This document shows, in pieces, positions 50,765 to 61,253 of a stretch of 64,000 nt of DNA. Under the pieces are notes generated by a model. The model made no database searches. It was given only the letters and a program-made list of their open reading frames with translations, and was not told where the DNA came from. The translations under genes were made by a program, and so were the position numbers. This DNA comes from a virus: positions 32,001 through 96,000 of the IMG/VR virus record IMGVR_UViG_3300025865_000006; one strand, 5' to 3'. The stretch's first letter is position 1. Each line of letters begins with the position of its first letter.

Positions 50765-50812
50765 ATTCAAATATTCATATATACAAACATTCAAATATTC
50801 ATATATACAAAC
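50765..50812 (+). repeat. 24-bp tandem duplication ATTCAAATATTCATATATACAAAC x2 in an AT-rich tract
   Basis: Read directly from the sequence. Confidence 0.9.
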
Positions 50813-51072
50813 ATTTATATTTATATCCCTTTCCATATTTTTAGCCAATGGAGAAAGCGCATATATGCGCTCATGCGCATATGCGCATATGATCCCCGCT
50901 GCGGACAGGGTAGAGGCACGCGCGCGTATATCACAAACGCTTAGCGCTGTCAAGTGCCAAACGGCCCTAATTCTAATGACCTTTGGCACTGGATACAATG
51001 ATTGCCCGGTGTACAATAGCAGCATACCCGAACAACAAAGGGTCGGGGCGCACGAAAGGATCGAAAAAAAGA

Positions 51073-51381
51073 ATGGCAACAAAGACGGTCACGTACCACG
51101 TCAACGCGATGCGGGTAACGTTCCCCTCGCCCAAGGTCGCAGCGAAAAACCCGGAAAGGTTCGCGACAATCGCGGGCACGTTCGCGGACACAAAGGGCGT
51201 CAAGCTCTCCATCGTGACAAAGAACGTCACAAAGGCCGAGGCGGGCAACGCGGCGACGGTCATCGATGCCGATGCGGGCATCCTGACACTCCCCGCCGGT
51301 CAGCGTGGACGAAAGCCCGCTGTCGGAGCAACCGGAAGCGCGGTCAAGGCGGCTCTCGCGGCCCTGCGCGGCGCCAAGTAA
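51073..51381 (+). CDS. GC-rich 102-aa basic Ala/Lys-rich protein
   Basis: RBS GAAAGGA; almost all third codon positions are G/C; GQRGRKP motif. Confidence 0.75.
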   Translation: MATKTVTYHVNAMRVTFPSPKVAAKNPERFATIAGTFADTKGVKLSIVTKNVTKAEAGNAATVIDADAGILTLPAGQRGRKPAVGATGSAVKAALAALRGAK

Positions 51382-51392
51382 GGCCCAAAAAA

Positions 51393-51650
51393 CAAGTGCC
51401 AAACGGCCTAAAGAAAGGGGCCGTTTGGCACTATACAATGGACACTACTTTCAAGAAGGTAGTGTATGGTGGATGGTATCCTGTACACTATTGTAGTGTC
51501 CATTGTATAGTGCCGTTTGTCACAAAAGAATAATGACCTTTGGCACTACACAAAGAGGTAGAAAGTTACGCTACAGGCCCGATAGGGTCTGGATGGGCGG
51601 GCAAGTATGCCTCTTTGTATAGTGCCAAAGGTCACAAAAGAATGTGACCA
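51393..51650. repeat. Cluster of nested/overlapping inverted repeats built on TTTGGCACT
   Basis: AGTGCCAAACGGCC/GGCCGTTTGGCACT; GGCACTATACAATGGACACTAC/GTAGTGTCCATTGTATAGTGCC; TGACCTTTGGCACTACACAAAGAGG/CCTCTTTGTATAGTGCCAAAGGTCA. Confidence 0.9.
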
Positions 51651-51731
51651 ATGGCCCTTGACAAAGGCAAATAGAATATCCGTTCTGTTTGCGTTTTTAG
51701 CCAATAGACTAAGGCTGTTCTACTGTTCTGT

Positions 51732-51821
51732 TATATGCATATGCACATATATGCATATGCGCATATACGCATATGTACTAGGCACCATACACATGCACGT
51801 ATGCGCATGTATGCATACATG
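51732..51821. repeat. Perfect purine/pyrimidine-alternating tracts (47 nt and 36 nt)
   Basis: 51732-51778 and 51786-51821 alternate R/Y without interruption. Confidence 0.9.
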
Positions 51822-51926
51822 ATTTTTCAGGGCGTATACTCCTGGGGAGTATCAAACGCTTGACACTGTATGCTATGCTCGGCCTATCGCACGAAAGCGA
51901 GCGGCAGAGCATAGAGGGTATGCACC

Positions 51927-52457
51927 ATGACAACGCAGGTCCGCTACTGGCACGGCGGGATCAAGGTCGGCAATATTGCCGAAGCGCTACAGGCTATGGT
52001 CGGCACGTTGGAATATCTCGACTCAGGATCATTCCGAAACGTGTATATCAATGCTGCGCGCAGCGTCGTCTATAAGGTGGAAGATGCTACTAGTACGCTA
52101 CAGGATGGGGCCGATAACACGCGCGAGTATGAGGCAGAGAGACTACTAGCCGAATGCGGTTGCGCCGCTCGCGCCTATGCCGTCCCATGTACCCTGTACA
52201 CTACTGGCACGGGCCGCACCATAATTGCCATGCCATATTATCCTCGGCCGGGATATGCGGCGTTCATTGGCACGCGCGAGCAGTTTGTACGGAATATCCG
52301 CGCGCATAATGCTCACGATCATGCTCCCGTCATCGCGGATATGTTGGAGGACAACTATCGCACCGATGCACGCGGCAACATTCGTATCACAGACTTGAAC
52401 CTAGATGTAGCCGAGTATCAATTCCTCGTGGAGACGGAGACTACGGGACGGCTCTAG
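51927..52457 (+). CDS. Minimal protein-kinase-like protein
   Basis: Gly-loop YLDSGSFRNVY; VVYKV; E (helix C) in NTREY; catalytic loop ADMLEDN; ITD. Confidence 0.7.
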   Translation: MTTQVRYWHGGIKVGNIAEALQAMVGTLEYLDSGSFRNVYINAARSVVYKVEDATSTLQDGADNTREYEAERLLAECGCAARAYAVPCTLYTTGTGRTIIAMPYYPRPGYAAFIGTREQFVRNIRAHNAHDHAPVIADMLEDNYRTDARGNIRITDLNLDVAEYQFLVETETTGRL

Positions 52458-52470
52458 ATGTAGGCTACCA

Positions 52471-52563
52471 GAGGGTAGGAAAAGGCTAGGGTACCCGCTA
52501 ATACCCTAGCCTTATACCCTCCCCGGTTATCGGCAGAATGGCCCATTATAGGCCATTCTGTTT
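52471..52563. terminator. Tandem hairpins at the convergence of the + and - blocks
   Basis: AAGGCTAGGGTA/TACCCTAGCCTT and CAGAATGGCC/GGCCATTCTG followed by TTT. Confidence 0.7.
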
Positions 52564-52701
52564 GAGCATGTTACTGTCCAAAAATAGTAGAGTAAAAACT
52601 GGGACTTTTTCTGATAGCATATAGCTCACCACATTTAGAACATTTAAAAGCTAGTACTCCTGTTTGATCCTTTGTCCAATCAATAAAGAGCGTGCTTGTG
52701 G

Positions 52702-55700
52702 TTACTCTTCGGCATAAAAGCTTCGTTCATAATAATAATCTCTAAAATCAAAGGCACCGTCATGATGATATGTTTCAACCATTCCCTTCTCTCTCCAAAC
52801 CTCTGCCATATAATAACCACAGATCAGCATGGAAGTATGGTGGACTTTCTCTTTGCCTGTTGTCTTATCATAGCTTACATGGGTAATCTGGTCTATACTG
52901 GCAGTTTCCGCTCCACAGTAGGAGCAGAAATTATGGTGCTTTTTGTTGAACACTATTTCCTCCGGGGCACTCATCAGCAAAGTGTATTTGTCGCATTGTT
53001 CTGGCATAGGTATTCCCATGTTGTTCACATTCAGGATCAGTACCGTCACCAACTAGACCACATTTCTCTTTTATACAGGAACATGCATCTTCTAGCCGAT
53101 GGCCACTCCAAGAGCGCCCATAGTGCTGTTTATAATTGGTTCGTACTTCATTCATAATTTCCTCCGGTGTAAAAGCTCTATTATGCACAGATAAAAAGGA
53201 TGCCCACTTTGGCGGTGCCCCATCTATGTATATTTCTGGTATTCTGTTATCAGGTACTACTACAGCAATATGATGCCATTTGTCGTCAATACGAATCCAG
53301 TCTTGAATAGTCATCCATTCATTTAGCGGCCAGTATCCTACTAAGCCGGGAGTCTTTTTAATTGTCTTTGCGTAACTTTTCTTTTTACCCTTCTTCATAG
53401 TACGGTATCCATTTACTACCTCATCTAGATCAACTGTCCTCATGATTTTAGAACCCCTGTTTTACGCTCTTCCCTAGAAATCCTTCTTTTCTTTTTAGGG
53501 TCACGAAATAGATTTAGATATTCTTCACGCTGAATAGGTGTAATCTCTTCTATCATCATTCGTCTATATGGCCATGTGTCAATAATAGCATCTTCTTGCC
53601 CCAAAGCTGAGAGTAGGTGTAATCCATAATCACTGGGACTACCTCTCCATTTACATTGACAGGTCACATCATCGCTAGAGCAGCAAACCCCTTCTGATAT
53701 GCTTATTAAAACATGTTTAGTTATTAAGATATCCTCAAAGTCAATGTTCATTTTTACCTCAGTTCTACATGGACAATTCCGGGGCAGGATGCCCGTTCGG
53801 CATTAGTTTTTGTTTTCATAAAACCACACCGACGACAAGATAGAAGGGGTTTACCACCATCGTCCTTTAGGGCAAGATTAGGGTATTTGATAGCGGGATC
53901 AATCCAATCGTGGAGCAATCCAGTTTCTTTCATCTATATTTCCCCTCCTGTCTCAGTCGCCACGGGCAATAGGTAAGGTGAGTCCAAGAAAATCGATTCT
54001 TAGTATCACAGATACAGCCAGTCATAGCATGTTCTGATCCCATATGTGCATCATAATCTTCTTTTGTTCTTGGTTGATCTACCCGTCCCCATGAACAGAT
54101 ACCACAGGTATAACCATGATTATAGCTCGACGCTGCGCGATATTCGGCAAGGCCACCTATCGGAGCGAGAGCAGCGTACCACTCGGCAGACGAGTGGTCA
54201 TGCGAAACAACACTCCCACAAATAAAACAGGGGTGATAATCGTCAACGGCATGTGGGTCATCAACAGCATTAAGAGTATCAAGAGCTTCCAACGCCGAGT
54301 CTAGGTCAACAACACGAAAGGAATTGGCAATTAGGCTCTTTTTTATATCTTCAAGGGTCATCGGAGTCTCCTGACTTTAACAATCTGTACTCGGGGAATA
54401 ACATGCGCCCCAAAAACATTACCACCTTGACTCAACGCAGCAGCTAAAACAATACCCTCCTTATCATCAGCAAGGACATAGCCTACCGACCGTTGGCGAA
54501 TTTGGCGGCTCTGACGCATTACGCTTGCATGAGGTTCCCACCCACCAGTAAAAAATAAGCAGTCATCCCAAATGACTTCAGTAACAGGGGTGCGTTTCAT
54601 AGCGCAAACTCAGTCGATTGCATGTCCGGGTACATGTGGCATTTCGGGCACCACAAATTATCCAAGTCCGTCCCGCAGTCGGCGTGGACGAGTGACGTAG
54701 TGGAAGTCAACCTCGATGTGATTGGTGCTTTTGGGAGTGGAAAGGTTCCATTAAAGCCAATTCGCCGGCGCCCGTTGCGCCGCAGCGCCGCCCGCAACTG
54801 CTCGATCTCGCGCTCGGAACGGTCGTTGACCCCGTGAAGGTGGGCGATCACGGCGTCCGGGTTGTCGTTGTGGCACCGGGTCCTGTGGTCGGCCCATACG
54901 CCGTCGCTCTCGGCGCAGTACTGCGGCATAGCGTTTGCTGACTCAAAAAAGCGGGGAACTAAGCGATCTTCAAACTCCCCATAATCATTAACAGGGGCAC
55001 CACACTTTATGCAAGTTTTCATAGGGAAATATACTCCACTCTGTCATATCCTTTGGGTGAGACAAAGATCATTCGATATCGGCCCGGCGGCATTGGATCG
55101 TCATCCGCGAGCCATAGGTGAAAGGCGCAGTCGGTCAGGTTAGGACGGCAGGACGGTGGATGCTGCAAGCCAAAATCGTCTCCCGTGAATTCTACAATAT
55201 GTCCCTCGGCTTCGGCATTCCGCCATCGTTGACCATCCGCAATGATTGACGTTTCTTCTGTTTTAGAGGTTGACGTTTTAACGATTAGGGCAAGGTAACG
55301 GCAATCGCTAAGAATGCCTTGCGGATCGTATGCGAATGAGTGTGCTGCTATCCCACTAGAGTTTTTACTACAGACAACAGAATGCAGCACAGACTCAGAA
55401 GTATCACGGTAGACGGGATGGGTTTTATCCTCACATCCAAACTGCTCGCAAAGAATATCGTCTTCGGGTCGGCGTTCGTTAATCATTACCATCTCCATGA
55501 CAAAGACAACCACAACCACCACCATGTTTTGGTGATCCTGAACACTGTTTTGAGGCAGTTAGAAGTAACTGATAGTCTATTTGTAGTTGCTCTATTTCTA
55601 AATCTCTTGCATGTAGGGCGTAGCTAATTACCCCTGCAAACTCTTCAGGTGTTGCTGCTTTTCTAATCATTTCAGCGAGGTTATCCTTCATTTACTTTCT

Positions 55701-57824
55701 CCTGTAAAATCAAATCCACAAGCTGTACACTTATCACTTTCTAATTCTTCTATCGCATATGAGGGACCAAACTCGTCAATATCAATTAGTCTCGCGGCAC
55801 GAATTTTTCTTAGTCTATGGTGTTTAGCTGCTGGACATTCTAAGTTAGCGATACGGACCAAAATAGCGGCACAAGCACCGCAATTCCGATTACTGTTCAA
55901 AGCAAAGTGGCGATGATAATCGTCCAACACTGAACGGAGGGCACTATCAATCACCACAGCACCCGTCGCAGCCATGTATCCCCCAAGTTCCTTTTGAGCC
56001 TTTGGGAGAAACTGATTCCATATAGCTTACACTATCAGGATCAGGATGACCTACACCGTGCTTACACAATCGCTCAATAAGCGGATTAGCCCAAGTATCG
56101 GTTCTTAGGTTCATGGGCCACTCTCGCATCTTATGTTTAGTTGGATTATGGAAGATACATCTTTGCCCCACACATTTATCCTTAGTGTGGTATCTGATTT
56201 TATCTTTCTTTGCATTACCTGTGATTATCATTCAGGTACGTCCTCTACTTCCACGATAGTATTAGAGTAATCCAGATCATGCCACTCTAATCTAGAAGTG
56301 CCATCCTCTTCAATCGATGTTCTAACCTCTTCTACGTATTCTTCTTCTGAATCGTAATACTCACTCTCACTCTTTTCCCATTCGTAGTCTTCGTACCAAA
56401 CTAAAATCATTTGTACTCTAAAGCGTTTCATTTCTGCACTTGTGGATTTGTAGGGGCAACAACTGAAACAGTACTTAATTCTTGATTACGCTGAACCAAT
56501 CTGAACCCAAGTGCAGGAAGTGCTGTACTAAATGCATCCATTGAAACAAATACAATGTCCTTGTCTTCATACAACTGCCCTACATGGGAAGTAACAATAC
56601 CAAGAACTCCCCCGATTGGGATAAGATGGACTACCTGACAGTTTTCGGGATCAGCATTCCCGTCAATTTCTCGTAGGACAACCTCATGGACTTGGTGATA
56701 CTGCAAATGGTCAGCTTGTGAAAGCAGTGCTTGTGCCGCTTGTAGCATTTCATTATTGATCTTATAGTTAGGCATCTGGCATTTCTCCGCTTGTATAGCC
56801 GTCATGATAAGTAAGTAGTTCGGTAGGGTTTAAACATGCCCATCCTTTACGTTTGTTACGTTCCCCTGTCTTTGTATTGTATCCTCGTTGGCTAATAATC
56901 GCTGGCCCCATCTTGCCCCCACAATAGGAACAATACGGATCAGTTAATTCTCTATCGTGCTTGTCAAATCTAAGACTCAATGGGTTAGCTCCCTCAACTT
57001 TCTTTTATATTCTGGTAACTCAGTATGGTTACAACCATGCTTGACACACCAGACAGATATTGCATTGTGAAGTGCTATAAGTCCACACTTTCCGCAGTAT
57101 TGGTAAGATATTCTTTTAAACTTCAACCATGAGTGGGGTTCCACCTAATCCTCTGGATATTCCCAATACATGTATTTGACCTTTCTTTCCAACTTCCATC
57201 CTTTTGCATCAAGAATAGCTATAATTTCTGTAGCATCGTCTACTGGATCAGGTGCATCAGGCCACTTCGTCATTGGGTATGCTTTACGCAGAGCATCTAG
57301 CATAGCTTCTTCTAGTGTTTCAGTACTAGCAGTCATACTCATACTCCAAAATAATTGCTGCTGCTAATCTCCAACAATTGGTTGATGGGTCTGGATGCAG
57401 AGTCTCAATGTCATTCTCATCAAAGGTACCACACCAACAATCTAGTTCTCCGGTAGACCATGCCCTTCCATCGAATACTGAATGTAGAATAAGAGCTAGT
57501 TTTGTAATCTCATACTCATATCCAACAGCATCTTCCTCTAATTGTTTCCAATGAGCGTCCCAGTCATAACTAGCCATCTACTTTCTTTCCTGTATGGCGA
57601 TCATAGAATGGAGTTCTCTTTCCGGGCCTCCAATGAGCAAAGTGATCAAATCTTTTAAATTGATTATCGGCTGTCATATCAGTATAAGTGGTACAACCAA
57701 ACCATAAGCGCTCTTGGTTGTACCCATTTTTGATGGCATAGTCTGTCCAATGGACCATTACATTTCCGCATAGGGGACAGTATTCTGGAAGTGGGGAAAA
57801 CAGTTCACGTAACCAATCAAACAT
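52702..57824 (-). other. Run of small hypothetical CDSs (e.g. 52931-53443, 53440-53751, 53930-54361, 54358-54600, 54597-55022, 55688-55975, 55947-56231, 56228-56431, 56428-56805, 57145-57342, 57326-57577, 57570-57824)
   Basis: Overlapping start/stop packing on the minus strand. Confidence 0.6.
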
Positions 57825-58302
57825 TTCTTCTTCTTACCCCGTGTAAAAGTAGGCCGGGTGCGTAGGGATCGGCCTCGTCTGACAGTATATCACATCTGGC
57901 CAGTTCTGCAAGCAGCTTACCGCTATTGGGCATGAAGCGCCAGTAATCCTCGGGCCAGCCGTGTTCAGCGAAACCATTACCTCGGGTACTGATAAAGAGA
58001 TGCCCGTGGGAACGTAAGACACGGGCGATTTCCCCTAAGGTAATCCAAAAGGCAGAATCGTGTTCCAACATCTCTTGACATATGACAACATCAAAGGAAG
58101 CATCTGCAAATTGAAGATTATGGGCATTCATTACCATATCAACACCAGCCCCTTCGATGAAGTCTATTCCTATATACTTACCTTTAAATAGCCCACGGGA
58201 TGTTCCATTAACATCTCTGCTTCCGATTTCCAAAACATCCGTATCTGTTAATCTATAATACTCAACGCGCGTCTTAGTCCAGTCAATAATATTTTGGTGC
58301 AT
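57817..58302 (-). CDS. Class I SAM-dependent methyltransferase (type 11-like)
   Basis: VLEIGS; YIGID; FDVVICQEMLEH; EIARVLR..G; H..PEDYWRF. Confidence 0.85.
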   Translation of the reverse strand: MHQNIIDWTKTRVEYYRLTDTDVLEIGSRDVNGTSRGLFKGKYIGIDFIEGAGVDMVMNAHNLQFADASFDVVICQEMLEHDSAFWITLGEIARVLRSHGHLFISTRGNGFAEHGWPEDYWRFMPNSGKLLAELARCDILSDEADPYAPGLLLHGVRRRNV

Positions 58303-58542
58303 TATGGAATCTCACTATGTTTGTGCTGATCTTCAAATACTGCTACCATCCAAGTGTTTTCTTGAATTAGTGAGTGGGCGCAACTATGGCACAGCATAAA
58401 TCGCTTAGTCTCATCATCAAAGAACATTCCATAACCACCTACAAAGCCTATAAGCAAAGCATCTTGAAGAGGATACTTATACTCGTCTTCCTTACGTCGA
58501 TGAGGTATATCAGGAAATACTTCTGATAACTCTTTGCCACAT

Positions 58543-58920
58543 TTAACGCAATTCACGTTGCTTCCTTCTTGCTTCTTTACAAACAGGGCAAAGCGTTCGT
58601 ATCCAATAGGTACTCGTGTCTATTGATCCCTTATTGCCACACGTTTCACACGTATAGGCAGAGACAGATTCAAGTGCTTGAATCACATCAAAGTATGATC
58701 TATCCTCAAGCTTTGTAGATTCAACATAGATTCTTAGTGTGCCGTATTTTTCTTTTACTTGAACAATCTTAACATGGTCTGGTTTCATTCGTAGGGCAAT
58801 TTTAATCAAGTGACGCCAACCTTTACCTACCGATTGTAGCGCAAGTTTAGCAGTATATCCCTCGTAATAAACCGATGTTGGTGGTGGTAGATTATCAATC
58901 ATAGCATAGCCCAAATACAC
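58543..58920 (-). CDS. Conserved phage hypothetical protein (QVKEKFGxLR family)
   Basis: GW...QVKEKYGTLRIY...TCETCG...WIRTLC. Confidence 0.7.
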   Translation of the reverse strand: MYLGYAMIDNLPPPTSVYYEGYTAKLALQSVGKGWRHLIKIALRMKPDHVKIVQVKEKYGTLRIYVESTKLEDRSYFDVIQALESVSAYTCETCGNKGSIDTSTYWIRTLCPVCKEARRKQRELR

Positions 58921-59641
58921 TTTATAATGAACTTGTCAAAACTAGATATGTCTTCAAGTAATCCTGCTTCGGTCATATCGTCTTCAAGTTGACCTTCCCA
59001 ACCACTGTTCCCAAGTGGGCGCTTTCCGCTAAACCCTTCTTCCTGATCCCATAAGGCTGCTAACAGCGTTAAGAAGTAGTAACGAAGAGTACTAGGCCCA
59101 TTCATCTCCGTAATATTGAATTGATGGTCAAGTAGTAGTTTTGGTGCTAGTGTCATTCATTATCCTCCTAGCGTTCTCGAAATGTTCATTCTTACAGTGA
59201 TTAGACATAAAGTCATGGTGAGCTACCAGTTCACATAGTAAGTGTAGCAGATTGGTGGTGCTTAGATCAACGAGATTTAACCCTTGATTGGTTCTGCCGA
59301 CTTCCCACTTTTCCATTAGTGACTCTTGTACTCACACCCATACAGGGGGATATCGAGTTTGCTAACTGTAATAAGATCGGGTACCGTACCTGTACGAAGT
59401 GGAACTGTTATAGCAGTTTGACAGCCTTTACAGAAACCTGTGAGAAAAACAAGGTGCTGAACAGGGGCAATAGCATATGCCCAGTCATGTCGCAGTGCTT
59501 CCGGTGCAGGAATCTTGGAAGGCGCAGCTAGTGTTACTCTTGGTGCGTCTATAAGTGGGTCTATAAGAGGCAGTACTACTCCCTTTGGCGCTACCTTTCC
59601 TTCCCCGTGATTAGTTAATTGCTCTATCTTACCAATGTCCA

Positions 59642-59968
59642 TTATATTACCTCTTTTATATGTTCTATTGCTACTTCTTCTGTCATTGTTCTCCAATCAG
59701 GCCATTTTCTTGTTTCGTTCTTGGCCTGTTTAGCTTCTATGGCATAGATAATTTCTTGCGGTTCCCAACCAGCACGCCAAGCACCATCAAAAGCGAGAAT
59801 AATAACATCGGCCCACTCTTCAATATCAAGTGGGTTTTCCTCTATCTCTAACAGTTCTTTACGGATATGATCAATTACACCTTTTGTTCTATTGCCGGGA
59901 CCAAAAGTTTTCTCACTCCACTTTCTTTGGTGTTCAAGATACTCGGCATTAATTGCTGCGAAATCCAT
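59642..59968 (-). CDS. DUF550-family dATP/dGTP diphosphohydrolase
   Basis: WSEKTFGPG..GVIDHIRKELLEI...EWADVIILAFDGAWRAG...KQAKNE.R.WPDW. Confidence 0.88.
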   Translation of the reverse strand: MDFAAINAEYLEHQRKWSEKTFGPGNRTKGVIDHIRKELLEIEENPLDIEEWADVIILAFDGAWRAGWEPQEIIYAIEAKQAKNETRKWPDWRTMTEEVAIEHIKEVI

Positions 59969-61042
59969 CTACATAACCTCTGCTAATCTTGGATTAGACT
60001 CGTGTATCGTATTATTCGATACCTGTATAAATTCTGCGTTCTCTCGCAGTTCTTGTAGATTCATTGCGCCCGCATAAGACAGTCCAGATCGTATACCACC
60101 AACAAGATACTTTATCACGTTTGCTACTGGTCCCTTTTCTTCTACGAATCCAGAGACACCTTCCTTGACATATCTCTCACCATTAGCACCAAAAATGCTT
60201 TGACCACGATAGCGTCTATATCTGCGTCCCGTTACGTTTTCTAATACCTCGCCGGGTGTTTCCTGCGTACCGGCGAGCAGATTACCAATCATTACTGCAT
60301 CCGCACCAGCAGCAAGAGCTTTTACGATATCCCCACTGGACCTAATACCTCCATCCGCAATAACAAGTGGAAGAGTAGAGGGATCATGAATAGACCTATA
60401 TCGATGGGCTGCAATATCATAAATAGCAGAAAACTGGGGGTATCCGAACCCGGTTACAACTCTAGTTGTACAAGCAGAGCCGGGACCAATTCCAACCTTT
60501 ACAGCATCAGCACCAGTATTAGCAAGGAAGATAAATCCGTCCCACGTTGACACGTTTCCTGCTATGATCTTTACCTGAGGATAAGAATTCTTAATAAGAA
60601 GAATTAGTTCCCTAACTCTCTTATGATCCCCGTGGGCTACGTCAATACATACAATGAATGGGGGAGCGGGAACGTAGTTCTCTAACCTAAAGTAACCAGC
60701 GATAAATTCAATTTTTTCTAGCGCTTTACCAAAGTCCCTAATCCCCACCGAAATAGCAGTAGGAAAGTCTGAGAATTTTAAAAACTCTTCAATATCCTGT
60801 CGCTCCTTTTCCCAAGAATCATAAAATCTGTGCAGAATCCCTAATCCACCCACATCTCTCATGGCAAAGGCCATCTCTGCCCCTGTCACAAGGTCCATAT
60901 TAGCAGATATTATAGGGATATCCAGTCTCCATCCCAAAAAGTCTTGGGACAGGTCTATAGTCTCTCTGGAATTAATTTCAGAGAATTGTGGAACCAAGAG
61001 AACATCATCAAAAGTGAGCTTGATTCCCGGTAGAAAATTCAT
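59969..61042 (-). CDS. guaB: IMP dehydrogenase / GMP reductase family protein (no CBS domains)
   Basis: [67 protein letters not shown] versus GMPR is not resolvable by eye. Confidence 0.85.
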   Translation of the reverse strand: MNFLPGIKLTFDDVLLVPQFSEINSRETIDLSQDFLGWRLDIPIISANMDLVTGAEMAFAMRDVGGLGILHRFYDSWEKERQDIEEFLKFSDFPTAISVGIRDFGKALEKIEFIAGYFRLENYVPAPPFIVCIDVAHGDHKRVRELILLIKNSYPQVKIIAGNVSTWDGFIFLANTGADAVKVGIGPGSACTTRVVTGFGYPQFSAIYDIAAHRYRSIHDPSTLPLVIADGGIRSSGDIVKALAAGADAVMIGNLLAGTQETPGEVLENVTGRRYRRYRGQSIFGANGERYVKEGVSGFVEEKGPVANVIKYLVGGIRSGLSYAGAMNLQELRENAEFIQVSNNTIHESNPRLAEVM

Positions 61043-61253
61043 TTGTTCTTCCTATTTTTAATAGTTAGTGATACGAGAACGTGGTCTTTAGGTATAGATA
61101 AGTAAATTATGCTAGATACTGTAATCTCACTTCGTTCAAGATCAATTACACTCTCTGGAAGAAGCATACTAAGATAAGTAACCCTGTTTTCGCGTTTAAA
61201 TCCTACAGCAGTTATATTATTGGGAATAGGAAATTCTATTCCATCCACTCTTT

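Noticed and set aside
18945-50917. 11-mer GCCTCTACCCT shared by the dNMP kinase gene and the control region (reverse strand)
   Set aside because: Single 11-mer matches are expected by chance in 64 kb.
49759-51705. Eukaryotic CCAAT-box/NF-I promoter elements
   Set aside because: The context is bacteriophage (SD sequences, sigma70 promoters); the resemblance is treated as coincidental.
49750-51860. CRISPR mini-array
   Set aside because: Repeats vary in length, orientation and spacing, with no constant repeat-spacer period. The 16271 Cas4-like nuclease is a common stand-alone phage exonuclease.
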